Shown piece after piece: positions 54,582 to 64,000 of a stretch of DNA of 64,000 bases (the stretch's first letter is position 1; each line of letters starts with the position of its first letter). The translations under genes and the position numbers were made by a program. Source of the DNA: an uncultured Methylophilaceae bacterium (GTDB taxonomy: Bacteria > Pseudomonadota > Gammaproteobacteria > Burkholderiales > Methylophilaceae); the NCBI GenBank assembly GCA_905618945.1, contig CAJQTF010000001.1, forward strand, positions 3,282-67,281, in the 5' to 3' direction. A model generated the notes under the pieces. The model was given only the letters and a program-made list of their open reading frames with translations, searched no databases and had not been told where the DNA came from.

Positions 54582-56543
54582 TTAAGTAATTTTTTTAATT
54601 TTATCTTTAAACTCTATTGCATACTGATCAAAATCCATCCGGTCTCTATTAGTAGCCAAAGAAACTATCAACCTGTTACTCCCCTTTTTTCTAAAAATCC
54701 ACAAACGAATCTCTTGAATATAAATCATACAAAATATACCCAATACCAAAAGAATTGAGCCTAAATAGACCCAAAATTGACCGGGTGATTTGGTTAATTG
54801 CAAGCCACTAGCTTGGACTTCCTTAAATTCTTTTAATTCAAGATATAAAGGAACTCCGTAAAAAAAACTATCACTATAAGCAGTTAGAGCATCTTGAATA
54901 AATCTTGGAGCGTCATTGATCGGAAAAACTATATCGTCATTATTTTTAACTTGGTAACCACGAACAAGCTCTTGGCTAACTAAATAAATTATATTTATAT
55001 AAGTCTTTATCGCTTTTTCTTTATCTGCAATTGAGGCTTGATCAGGGATATTTAAATCCATTTCATCTACTACCGAATTATACCCCCCACCTACGAATGC
55101 GTTAATAATATTTTTCGCACCCAATTTAAAAGCCTCTTTCTTTCCAGCAGTTGTAAAAGCTGATGTATTGATGCCTTTATTAATTGCATTTTGAACTTTT
55201 TGTGGGTTATTTAATAAAGATTTAAGAACCATAAAGCCTTCAATACTTAAATTGTCATCTGCAGGAATTTTAAGATATTTAAATTCTTCTTGGGGTGAAT
55301 TTCTCATCCCACTCATAAAAAAGTATTTGCCGTCTACTAGCATTGGTAATTGATAAGTTTGATATTCTTTAGCTTGGCCAGATTCATTTCTAACCTTATA
55401 CAAAAAGTTTGGCCCCACATTCGTCGGCTTTGGTTTTTTTTCTTCATTTTGACCTACTTCTAAAATATTAAATTTTCTAAAATCTTTGAACTCAAGAGTT
55501 AAATTTTGATTTTCAAAAGTAAGCTTATTATTTTTAAAAATTTCAGAATTCATTTTAAAAGAGGGTTGTGAGGAGTTTAAATCCCAAACTAATAAATCTA
55601 ATTGTGAACCTCCATCTTCAAAAGCAGCCTGATAAATAGTAACGCCCTTGTAAGTTAAAGGCTTATTAACGCTAATAGTTTTATTTATAGTTTCGCCTGT
55701 TTTTTTATCTGTTACCAATAATTCACTTTCAAATGATTTAGGCTGGCCAGTAGAGTAATGCTTAATATTAAAGTTTTTTAATGTTATTGAAAATGGAATC
55801 TCTTGAACAAGGTACCCTTCTTTAGCTCTAAGAATTGCAGCTGTTTTTGTATCCCCCTCAGACAACAAAATACTTGCCCTATAAGAAAGATTATCTTCAC
55901 TCATTCTTCCTTTCAAAGGAATTTTAGATAGTGGTTGGTCTTCCATCTGAATTTGTTTTGTACCAATCAGCTCCTGAACCTTAAAAACTAGATTTCCGTC
56001 TAATAGTCCACCAATGCTAATTATCACAATTGCTAAATGAGTAAAAATATATCCAAACTTTTGAAGATCACCTTTTTTTGCTACAATTAAATCCCCGTTG
56101 CCCTCAATAACCTTGTGCTTGACTTTGTAATTATGAGATTTTAAAAAAGATATAGTTTTTTTTACACTAAAATTTTTTAATGGGAATTGGTATGAATGTT
56201 TGAAAGACAATAAAGATTTTTCTCTGACACGATCTTGAAAGCTTTTGTAGTCTTTCAATATTTTAGGGGTGTTTCTAGAGATGCATAGTGAAGTTGAAAT
56301 AATTAAAAAAACTAATATAAGAAGAAACCAAAAAGCTTGGTAAACATTATACATCCCGAGTTTTTCAAAAATTTCAAACCAAAATTGACCAAATTTAATA
56401 ATATAATTATTGTAAGGTTCATTTTGCTTTAAAACTGTTCCAATAATTGAAGCAATTGCAAGAAATGAAAACATTGCAATTGCAAATCGCATCGTACTTA
56501 AAAGACTAATAAAACTTTTTAAATTTTTATTGGATGTTTTCAA
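54582..56543 (-). CDS. System II cytochrome c biogenesis protein (ResB/CcsB type)
   Basis: STMRFAI...ASIIGTVLKQ, YIFTHLA, VNKPL, SGLQLTKSPG. Confidence 0.93.
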   Translation of the reverse strand: MKTSNKNLKSFISLLSTMRFAIAMFSFLAIASIIGTVLKQNEPYNNYIIKFGQFWFEIFEKLGMYNVYQAFWFLLILVFLIISTSLCISRNTPKILKDYKSFQDRVREKSLLSFKHSYQFPLKNFSVKKTISFLKSHNYKVKHKVIEGNGDLIVAKKGDLQKFGYIFTHLAIVIISIGGLLDGNLVFKVQELIGTKQIQMEDQPLSKIPLKGRMSEDNLSYRASILLSEGDTKTAAILRAKEGYLVQEIPFSITLKNFNIKHYSTGQPKSFESELLVTDKKTGETINKTISVNKPLTYKGVTIYQAAFEDGGSQLDLLVWDLNSSQPSFKMNSEIFKNNKLTFENQNLTLEFKDFRKFNILEVGQNEEKKPKPTNVGPNFLYKVRNESGQAKEYQTYQLPMLVDGKYFFMSGMRNSPQEEFKYLKIPADDNLSIEGFMVLKSLLNNPQKVQNAINKGINTSAFTTAGKKEAFKLGAKNIINAFVGGGYNSVVDEMDLNIPDQASIADKEKAIKTYINIIYLVSQELVRGYQVKNNDDIVFPINDAPRFIQDALTAYSDSFFYGVPLYLELKEFKEVQASGLQLTKSPGQFWVYLGSILLVLGIFCMIYIQEIRLWIFRKKGSNRLIVSLATNRDRMDFDQYAIEFKDKIKKIT

Positions 56544-56609
56544 AAAATATACGCATTAATTATATAAATAAATGACAGCTTAGGCTAATTTAAGTTGCAT
56601 GTTGGTTGG

Positions 56610-57233
56610 CTATCTTAAACCTTGGATATAATCTGCTACCGACTGCATCTCGTGTTCTGTTAATTTTTGGGCTATTGTTCTCATAACTCCAGCAGGATCA
56701 TTTTTTCTTAATTCAAGCCTAAATGCATTTAATTGTGCGAGGGTATATTCAGAATGTTGCGCATTTAATCTTGGGTATTTATCTGGTATGCCATGTCCTG
56801 ATGGTCCATGACAGCTGGCACAAGCTGCCACGCCCTTATTTTTTATTCCTGCACGAAAAATATTTTCCCCTAGAGAGCCAACACCATTTTCTATTGCTGA
56901 TGACAATAAAATATTTTGTTCAGAGAAATAATGGCCAAGATTTATCATGTCTTCCTCAGTTAAATTAGCAACCATGCCAGCCATGACTACATTTTCTCTC
57001 AACCCACTTTTAAAATTATTAAGTTGTTTTGTAATATAAGCGGCATGCTGCCCTGCTAATTTTGGATTAACTGTAATTACACTATTGCCGTCAATTGCAT
57101 GGCAAGCAATACATAAATTGTTAATAATTTTTTTGGTATTGACTAGTTCTGATGAAGAAAGCTTTGTTTCAGCAATAGCTGTAAAACTAAAAAAAACTAT
57201 AATCAAACTAACAAACTGAATAATTCTAATCAT
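56610..57233 (-). CDS. Diheme cytochrome c4
   Basis: Signal peptide, CIACH and CASCH, P.LAGQH. Confidence 0.93.
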   Translation of the reverse strand: MIRIIQFVSLIIVFFSFTAIAETKLSSSELVNTKKIINNLCIACHAIDGNSVITVNPKLAGQHAAYITKQLNNFKSGLRENVVMAGMVANLTEEDMINLGHYFSEQNILLSSAIENGVGSLGENIFRAGIKNKGVAACASCHGPSGHGIPDKYPRLNAQHSEYTLAQLNAFRLELRKNDPAGVMRTIAQKLTEHEMQSVADYIQGLR

Positions 57234-57323
57234 TAGGGCTCCGAAGTTAATTCCTTAAGGGGCTACATTTTAACTAAAATAAGCACAACGTGATAGCATT
57301 AACTCAAGACTAAAGGGGAAAAA

Positions 57324-57962
57324 ATGGCTTTTTTACAAAATGCTAGATTTGTTATTTCAGTAAATCACTTTGATGAACTTCCTATTGATGAAGGAATTGA
57401 AATTGCATTTGCTGGAAGATCAAATGCTGGAAAATCAAGCGCAATAAACTCTTTAAGCAAACAAAATCGTCTTGCTTATGTCAGTAAACAGCCTGGTAGA
57501 ACGCAATTAATAAACTTTTTTAGTATTGGCGAGCATATGTCATTAGTTGATCTTCCTGGTTATGGTTATGCAAAAGTCCCTGGTGCCATTAAAGATCATT
57601 GGGTAAAAACGTTACCTCGATACCTTCAAGAAAGGAATAGCTTAGCTGGGCTTGTTATTGTTATGGATATAAGAAGACCCTTAACTAAACTAGATACTCA
57701 AATGCTTAATTGGTTTGCTCCGAGACAAAAACCGATTCATATTTTGCTTACGAAATCTGATAAGTTATCAAAAGATAAATCGCTTAGAGCTCTTTCTGAT
57801 GTTAAGAAAATAGTTCAAACCCAATGGGCTGATTCGTTCCACACAAATTTTACTGTTCAGCTATTTTCTAGTTTAAAAAAACAAGGGCTTGAAGAAGCAG
57901 ATGAAATTATTCAAAGTTGGTTAGCTCTTAATAAAAATCATATCCCAAACTTGGTGTCCTAA
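57324..57962 (+). CDS. engB: GTP-binding protein EngB/YihA
   Basis: GRSNAGKSS, PGRTQLINFF, DLPGYGY, TKSD. Confidence 0.97.
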   Translation: MAFLQNARFVISVNHFDELPIDEGIEIAFAGRSNAGKSSAINSLSKQNRLAYVSKQPGRTQLINFFSIGEHMSLVDLPGYGYAKVPGAIKDHWVKTLPRYLQERNSLAGLVIVMDIRRPLTKLDTQMLNWFAPRQKPIHILLTKSDKLSKDKSLRALSDVKKIVQTQWADSFHTNFTVQLFSSLKKQGLEEADEIIQSWLALNKNHIPNLVS

Positions 57963-58598
57963 GTTAACCCCTCGATTTTCATACTTAGTTTTAGGCCTAT
58001 ATGAGGGTTTTTTTGAAAAATCAATATTTTTAGCTTTATACATTGAATTGTTCTTAAATATTTCTATAATCCAATTGGCATAATCTTCCCAATCTGTCGC
58101 TATATGAATATAGCCTTCTTTTTTTAATTTCATGCTTATTAATTCCAAAAAAGTCTGCTGTATCAATCTTCTTTTATTGTGGCGTTTCTTATGCCATGGG
58201 TCTGGGAAAAAAATATGAATGGCATCAATGCTTTCATCTAGGGTCATTTTTTCTAAAACTTCCACCGCATCATGCTGAATAATTTTTAGATTTTTTAGAT
58301 TTTTTTCTTGTATTTTATTTAAAAGATTTCCAACCCCTGGGGAATGGACATCGATTGCAATGAAATTAGAATCACTTAGAGTTTCAGCAATTTCAGCAGT
58401 TGTATGTCCCATGCCAAAACCTATTTCAATAATTCTTTTTCCTTGGCGATTAAAAATAGCATCCCAGTTCAAAATATTATCTCCAAAAGAAATAGCATGG
58501 AGCGGGGAAAGTGACTTAATACCTTCTGCTTGATGTTTAGTAAGACGTCCCTGTCTAAGCACATAACTTCTAATAGGTCTAATTTTTGATATAGGCAT
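57921..58598 (-). CDS. trmB: tRNA (guanine-N7)-methyltransferase
   Basis: IRSYVLRQGR, EIGFGMG, FFPDPWHKKRHNKRR, ATDWEDYA. Confidence 0.97.
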   Translation of the reverse strand: MPISKIRPIRSYVLRQGRLTKHQAEGIKSLSPLHAISFGDNILNWDAIFNRQGKRIIEIGFGMGHTTAEIAETLSDSNFIAIDVHSPGVGNLLNKIQEKNLKNLKIIQHDAVEVLEKMTLDESIDAIHIFFPDPWHKKRHNKRRLIQQTFLELISMKLKKEGYIHIATDWEDYANWIIEIFKNNSMYKAKNIDFSKKPSYRPKTKYENRGVNLGHQVWDMIFIKS

Positions 58599-58660
58599 TA
58601 AGTTGGCAAATTATTCATATTCATAGATTATAATAACCTTAAATAATATTTAAACTGAAA

Positions 58661-59410
58661 ATGAATAAAAAAAAACAAGTTGCAATAATTACTGGTGGGG
58701 CTAAAAGAGTTGGCGCAGCAATATGCCGAAAGCTCCATAAAGCCAATATTGACTTAATTATCCATTATAAAAACTCTAGAACTGAAGCAAACTCACTTCA
58801 AAAACAATTAAACAAGATTAGAAAAGGCTCTGCCTCAATAATCCAAGCAGATCTTTTAGATCCAAATAGTTACTCCTTGATTATTAATGAGGCAATTAAG
58901 ATTTATGGGCAATTAGATTTTCTAATTAATAATGCTTCATCCTATTATCCTACCAATATAAATGATATCAATGAAGCGAACTGGGATGAACTTATTGGGA
59001 GCAACCTTAAAGCATCTCTTTTCTTATCTAAAGAAGCTAGTCCTTTTTTAAAAAAATCTAATGGCTCCATAATTAATATTACTGATGCACATATTACAAA
59101 TCCTAAGAAGAACTACATTATATATTCAGTTGCAAAATCAGGATTGACAGCCTTAACTAAATCACTTGCGCAAGAACTTGGTCCCGAAATCAGAGTTAAT
59201 GCTGTTGCACCTGGACCTGTTTTATGGCCAGATAAATTAAATGAATTTGACACGCAATACCGCAAAAAAGTTATTTCACAAACTATGCTTAAAAAAGTTG
59301 GTGACGCAGATGATATTGCCAAAGCAGTTGAGTTCTTATTATTAAATGCGCCTTTTATTACTAGCCATATTTTAAATGTCGATGGTGGTAGGTCTTTCAA
59401 TAGCGAATAA
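58661..59410 (+). CDS. Pteridine reductase (FolM/PTR1-like SDR)
   Basis: TGGAKRVG, NNAS, NITD, YSVAK, VNAVAPG. Confidence 0.88.
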   Translation: MNKKKQVAIITGGAKRVGAAICRKLHKANIDLIIHYKNSRTEANSLQKQLNKIRKGSASIIQADLLDPNSYSLIINEAIKIYGQLDFLINNASSYYPTNINDINEANWDELIGSNLKASLFLSKEASPFLKKSNGSIINITDAHITNPKKNYIIYSVAKSGLTALTKSLAQELGPEIRVNAVAPGPVLWPDKLNEFDTQYRKKVISQTMLKKVGDADDIAKAVEFLLLNAPFITSHILNVDGGRSFNSE

Positions 59411-59535
59411 AAAATGACGATAAATGCCGCCAATCTCCTACAAGCATTTTACATTTTATCTTTGATTTAACTTGAATAGTTTGAATTTTATCCTTATGAT
59501 GCATAATTTTTACTGGTGCAAAAGTTAAAAACACA

Positions 59536-62031
59536 ATGACAAAACTACTGATAGTTGAATCCCCGTCTAAAGCAAAAACATTATCAAAGTATTTGGGGAG
59601 TGATTTTGTGGTTCTAGCATCGTATGGGCATATAAGAAACCTGCTTCCAAAATCAGAAGGTATCGATACAGAAAGTTTTGAAATGAAATATGCTCTGATT
59701 GATAGAAATAAAAAGCATATGGACGCAATCACAAAAGCAGTAAAAAAATCTGATGAGGTACTCTTAGCAACTGATCCTGATAGAGAGGGCGAGGCAATAG
59801 CATGGCACATTGCTGAAATCTTAAATGAAAAAAAATTACTAAAAAATAAATTAGTAAAAAGAGTGGTATTCCAGGAGATTACAAAATCCGCAATTATTCA
59901 AGCAATTGAAGAGCCAAGGGATATAGCCTTAGCATTAGTAAGGGCGCAACAGTCAAGACAAGCTTTAGATTATCTAATAGGGTTTAATTTATCCCCTTTG
60001 CTGTGGTCAAAAATACGTTATGGTCTTTCTGCTGGTCGAGTTCAAAGCCCTGCACTAAGGTTAATAATGGAACGTGAAGCAGAAATTGAAAAATTTCTAG
60101 CAAAAGAATATTGGACTTTACATCTAGAAGCAAAAAAAAATCAGTCCCAATTCTCTTCGAAATTATACATTTTAGATAATAAGAAAGTAGAGCAGTTTAC
60201 AGTTAATGAAAAAAAACAAAGTGAAAAAATTGTTGGTGAATTACTTTTAAAAAGTGGAGGAAAAACTAGAGTTTCAAGAGTTGATAAAAAACAAAGGATT
60301 AGAAACCCTTCGGCACCATTTACAACATCTACACTTCAGCAACAAGCCGTAAGAAAACTTGGCTTTACAACTAAAAGAACTATGATCGTTGCACAGAAAT
60401 TATATGAAGGTATTGATACAGGAAATGAAACAGTTGGACTTATTTCATACATGCGAACTGATTCAATGACGCTGTCAAATGATGTAATCCAGCAAATAAG
60501 AGAATATATAAAAAGTAATTATGATTTAACGTATCTTCCACAAATTGCTATTGGCTACAAAACAAAAGCAAAAAATGCTCAGGAGGCTCATGAAGCCATA
60601 AGGCCTACAGATATAAGTAGAACTCCTGCAAACTTAAAAAAATATTTGAGTGATGAACAGTTCAAACTTTATGAAATGATTTGGCAAAGAACACTATCTT
60701 GTCAAATGACTCCAGCTATATTTGATGCAGTTAGTGTCGACCTTGAAGTTGGGAAAGGGGAAAGTATTTTTAGGGCATCTGGCCAAACCTTAAAGTTTTC
60801 AGGTTTTATGTCAGTTTATATGGAAGATGAAGATGAGCACTCTGATGAAAAAGAAAAATCATCAACGCTGCCGCCCTTAGAAGTTGGTGAAATTTTGAAT
60901 ATTGAAAAAATAAAGGGTGACCAACACTTTACAGAGCCACCTCCAAGATATTCCGAGGCAAGTCTTGTTAAGACTTTAGAAGAACATGGAATTGGTAGGC
61001 CCTCTACTTACTCAAGTATTATTTCGACACTACAAGATAGAGAATACGTTCTACTTGAAAAAAAACGATTCATGCCAACCGATGTTGGTAAGGTTGTGAA
61101 TGATTTCTTAACTGAGCACTTTAGCCATTATGTAGACTATGATTTCACTGCTCAATTAGAATCTCAATTAGACGATATTGCAGCTGATAAAAAAGAATGG
61201 TTATCCGTGTTAGCTAATTTTTGGAAAGATTTTAATCATCAAATTAATGAGAAGAAAGATCTAGACCGCTCTAAAATAACCCAAAAATCTATTGATGAAG
61301 ATTGTCCAAAGTGCAGCAAACCATTACTTTCTAAACTTGGTAAAAGAGGAAATTTTATAGCATGCTCTGGGTATCCAGATTGTGATTTTACAAGAAGTTC
61401 AAATGGAGACCTCCCACAAGAACCAAAAATAATAGCTATTGAAAAAGAAACAAAGAAAAACGTAATATTGTTAATAGGGCCTTATGGTCCTTATCTTCAA
61501 TTAGGTGAACAAGATGAAGATAAGAAAATTAAGCCAAAAAGAATAACCATCCCAAGCGAAATAGCATTAGCAGACCTTAATGAAGAAATTGCTTTAAAAT
61601 TAATATCACTACCAAGAGATTTAGGTGAGCATCCTGAGACTGGTAAAAAAATTATTGCAAATATTGGTAGATTTGGTCCTTATGTAAATCATAATGGAAA
61701 GTTTAAATCTATACCAAAAGATGAAGACTTATTTAAGGTTTCTTTAGAAAAAGCTATTGACCTCCTCAAACCGATCAGAAAAATTGGAGATGATCCTGAT
61801 AATAAAGGATCTATTGATATTTATAAAGGTAGGTTTGGCTTTTATATTCAAAGAGGCACAATAAAAGTAAATATTGCTAAAGATGTTGATCTGGAATCGA
61901 TTAGTCTAGAAAAATCTTTAAGTTTATTATCGAAAAAAGAAATAGAAGAAGAAGGTAAGAAGAAGAAACCAGCGAAGAAGAAACCAGCGAAGAAGAAACC
62001 AGCGAAGAAGAAACCAGCGAAGAAGAGTTGA
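59536..62031 (+). CDS. topA: DNA topoisomerase I
   Basis: IVESPSK, ATDPDREGE, SAGRVQS, ISYMRTDS (catalytic Tyr), GIGRPSTY. Confidence 0.98.
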   Translation: MTKLLIVESPSKAKTLSKYLGSDFVVLASYGHIRNLLPKSEGIDTESFEMKYALIDRNKKHMDAITKAVKKSDEVLLATDPDREGEAIAWHIAEILNEKKLLKNKLVKRVVFQEITKSAIIQAIEEPRDIALALVRAQQSRQALDYLIGFNLSPLLWSKIRYGLSAGRVQSPALRLIMEREAEIEKFLAKEYWTLHLEAKKNQSQFSSKLYILDNKKVEQFTVNEKKQSEKIVGELLLKSGGKTRVSRVDKKQRIRNPSAPFTTSTLQQQAVRKLGFTTKRTMIVAQKLYEGIDTGNETVGLISYMRTDSMTLSNDVIQQIREYIKSNYDLTYLPQIAIGYKTKAKNAQEAHEAIRPTDISRTPANLKKYLSDEQFKLYEMIWQRTLSCQMTPAIFDAVSVDLEVGKGESIFRASGQTLKFSGFMSVYMEDEDEHSDEKEKSSTLPPLEVGEILNIEKIKGDQHFTEPPPRYSEASLVKTLEEHGIGRPSTYSSIISTLQDREYVLLEKKRFMPTDVGKVVNDFLTEHFSHYVDYDFTAQLESQLDDIAADKKEWLSVLANFWKDFNHQINEKKDLDRSKITQKSIDEDCPKCSKPLLSKLGKRGNFIACSGYPDCDFTRSSNGDLPQEPKIIAIEKETKKNVILLIGPYGPYLQLGEQDEDKKIKPKRITIPSEIALADLNEEIALKLISLPRDLGEHPETGKKIIANIGRFGPYVNHNGKFKSIPKDEDLFKVSLEKAIDLLKPIRKIGDDPDNKGSIDIYKGRFGFYIQRGTIKVNIAKDVDLESISLEKSLSLLSKKEIEEEGKKKKPAKKKPAKKKPAKKKPAKKS
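61960..62019 (+). repeat. 4 exact 15-bp tandem copies in topA tail (KKKPA)
   Basis: aagaagaaaccagcg x4. Confidence 0.97.
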
Positions 62032-62032
62032 T

Positions 62033-62911
62033 CTAAGTTTTCTTTTTATTTATCCTATTCATCCAATTTCTAATTCTTTTTACATCAGCAAAGCGGGTTA
62101 ATTTTCCATACGAATTTAATAAAACAATAATAATTGGCTCACCATCAATTACTGTTTGTAAAACTAAGCACCGCCCTGCCTCTCTAATGAAGCCAGTTTT
62201 AGATAATCCAATATCCCACACCCCTTTTCTAACCAATGGATTGGTATTATTAAAGCCAATACTATTTCTTTTGTTACCAATTTTAATGCTTTCAGATGGA
62301 GTAGTTGTTAGTTCCCTAATTACAGAATATTGATATGCTGCTCTAACTAGCTTAAGTAAATCTTTTGCAGTGGAAATATTTCTTTTGTCTAATCCTGTTG
62401 GATCTCTAAACTGGCTTTTCTGCATACCCAATTGAATTGCTTTAACGTTCATAGCATTAATAAAGCCTTTCCTACCAGAAGGATATGAGCGACTTAAAGC
62501 AAAAGCTGCTCTATTATCAGAAGATATTAATGCTGCTTTTAATAATTCATATCTGCTTAATTTTACTCCAATTGGCAATCTTGAAGTTGTCCGCTTCACT
62601 CTATCAATATCAGCCTTTGTTAGTGTAATTTTTTTATTAAGATCCATTCCGGAATCAAGAACTACCATCGCAGTCATCAATTTAGTTAAAGATGCTATTG
62701 ATGCTTTTGCATCTGCTTTCTTTTCATAAATGACCTCGCCTGTATTTTGATTTACTACAATAGCCTTTAAAGAACGGACTTTTAAACTTTTACTATTTTT
62801 AACGTAAAGACTTGGATTTTTGGCAGAAACTAGATCTTTTGCAAAGGTCAGATGGGTTAAGGATGAAATTAAAAATAAAACTAATAGGACGCTTTTAAAA
62901 TAAAATTTCAC
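62033..62911 (-). CDS. pbpG: D-alanyl-D-alanine endopeptidase PBP7-like (peptidase S11)
   Basis: SxxK (ASLTKLM), SxN (SSDN), KTG (SKTGFIREAGRC). Confidence 0.88.
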   Translation of the reverse strand: MKFYFKSVLLVLFLISSLTHLTFAKDLVSAKNPSLYVKNSKSLKVRSLKAIVVNQNTGEVIYEKKADAKASIASLTKLMTAMVVLDSGMDLNKKITLTKADIDRVKRTTSRLPIGVKLSRYELLKAALISSDNRAAFALSRSYPSGRKGFINAMNVKAIQLGMQKSQFRDPTGLDKRNISTAKDLLKLVRAAYQYSVIRELTTTPSESIKIGNKRNSIGFNNTNPLVRKGVWDIGLSKTGFIREAGRCLVLQTVIDGEPIIIVLLNSYGKLTRFADVKRIRNWMNRINKKKT

Positions 62912-63021
62912 TAAAAAACCCTTGATTTATTCAACTTCTCATGATGATATACAGTTTAATTTTATTTGTCACTTTAAAATTATAATGGTGTACTGTTTGT
63001 TTAATTATGTTGGGGAATATG

Positions 63022-63399
63022 ATGGATTATATTGATGGTTTATTTTACACAAAAGAACATATATGGGTAAAACCCTATCAAGAAAATAAATATCTCCTCG
63101 GTATTACAAATTTTGCCCAAGACTTATTAGGAGATATTGTTTACGTTGACCTAGCACTAGGGAATAAATTTAATATAGATTCATCAATAGGGTCTATTGA
63201 GTCTGTCAAAACTGCGTCAGATATTGTTGCCCCAGCAAGTGGTGAAATTATTCTTATTAATGGAGATGTTGTAAACAGCCCTGAAAAAATAAATACGAAT
63301 CCTCATGAAGCATGGCTATGTCAAATATCTCTTGACAATGAATTTGATAAAGAAAATTATTTAACTAAAGAAGCATATCTCTCATTAATAGAAAATTAA
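63022..63399 (+). CDS. gcvH: Glycine cleavage H protein (lipoyl carrier)
   Basis: YTKEH.W, GIT.FAQDLLGDIVYV, lipoyl-Lys IESVKTASD; start at 63007, 63019 or 63022. Confidence 0.93.
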   Translation: MDYIDGLFYTKEHIWVKPYQENKYLLGITNFAQDLLGDIVYVDLALGNKFNIDSSIGSIESVKTASDIVAPASGEIILINGDVVNSPEKINTNPHEAWLCQISLDNEFDKENYLTKEAYLSLIEN

Positions 63400-63402
63400 T
63401 TT

Positions 63403-64000
<598 letters not shown>

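Noticed and set aside
53451-56543. System II cytochrome c maturation in a proteobacterium as a horizontal acquisition
   Set aside because: System II next to cytochrome c4 and engB is a known, ordinary arrangement in Betaproteobacteria.

Overview
AT-rich (roughly one-third GC by eye) core-genome window from a small-genome betaproteobacterium. Gene order and protein signatures fit a streamlined Methylophilaceae (OM43/Methylopumilus-like) cell; this assignment is an inference. Nearly everything is on the minus strand. In coordinate order: partial MscS, mgtE, the alpha-spc-S10-str-rpoBC-L11/L10-nusG-secE supercluster with two apparently identical tuf copies and five tRNAs, sspAB, petABC, tatABC, a his operon, murA-grxD-bolA-yadHG-mlaBCDEF, System II cytochrome c maturation (resC/resB) with cytochrome c4, engB, trmB, a pteridine reductase, topA, pbpG, an orphan gcvH and partial pepA. 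No mobile element, CRISPR array or rRNA was found. Two signals stand out. (1) The rplN 5' leader contains an exact, permuted copy of the 16S helix-21 S8-recognition core that pairs into the rplN Shine-Dalgarno, a candidate relocated S8 autoregulatory RNA. (2) Many otherwise conserved translation and transcription proteins carry low-complexity Lys/Ala/Glu/Pro terminal tails. Six of them (L15, L5, S17, L23, NusG, TopA) are encoded by exact or near-exact in-frame DNA tandem repeats, which is unexpected in such a compact genome.
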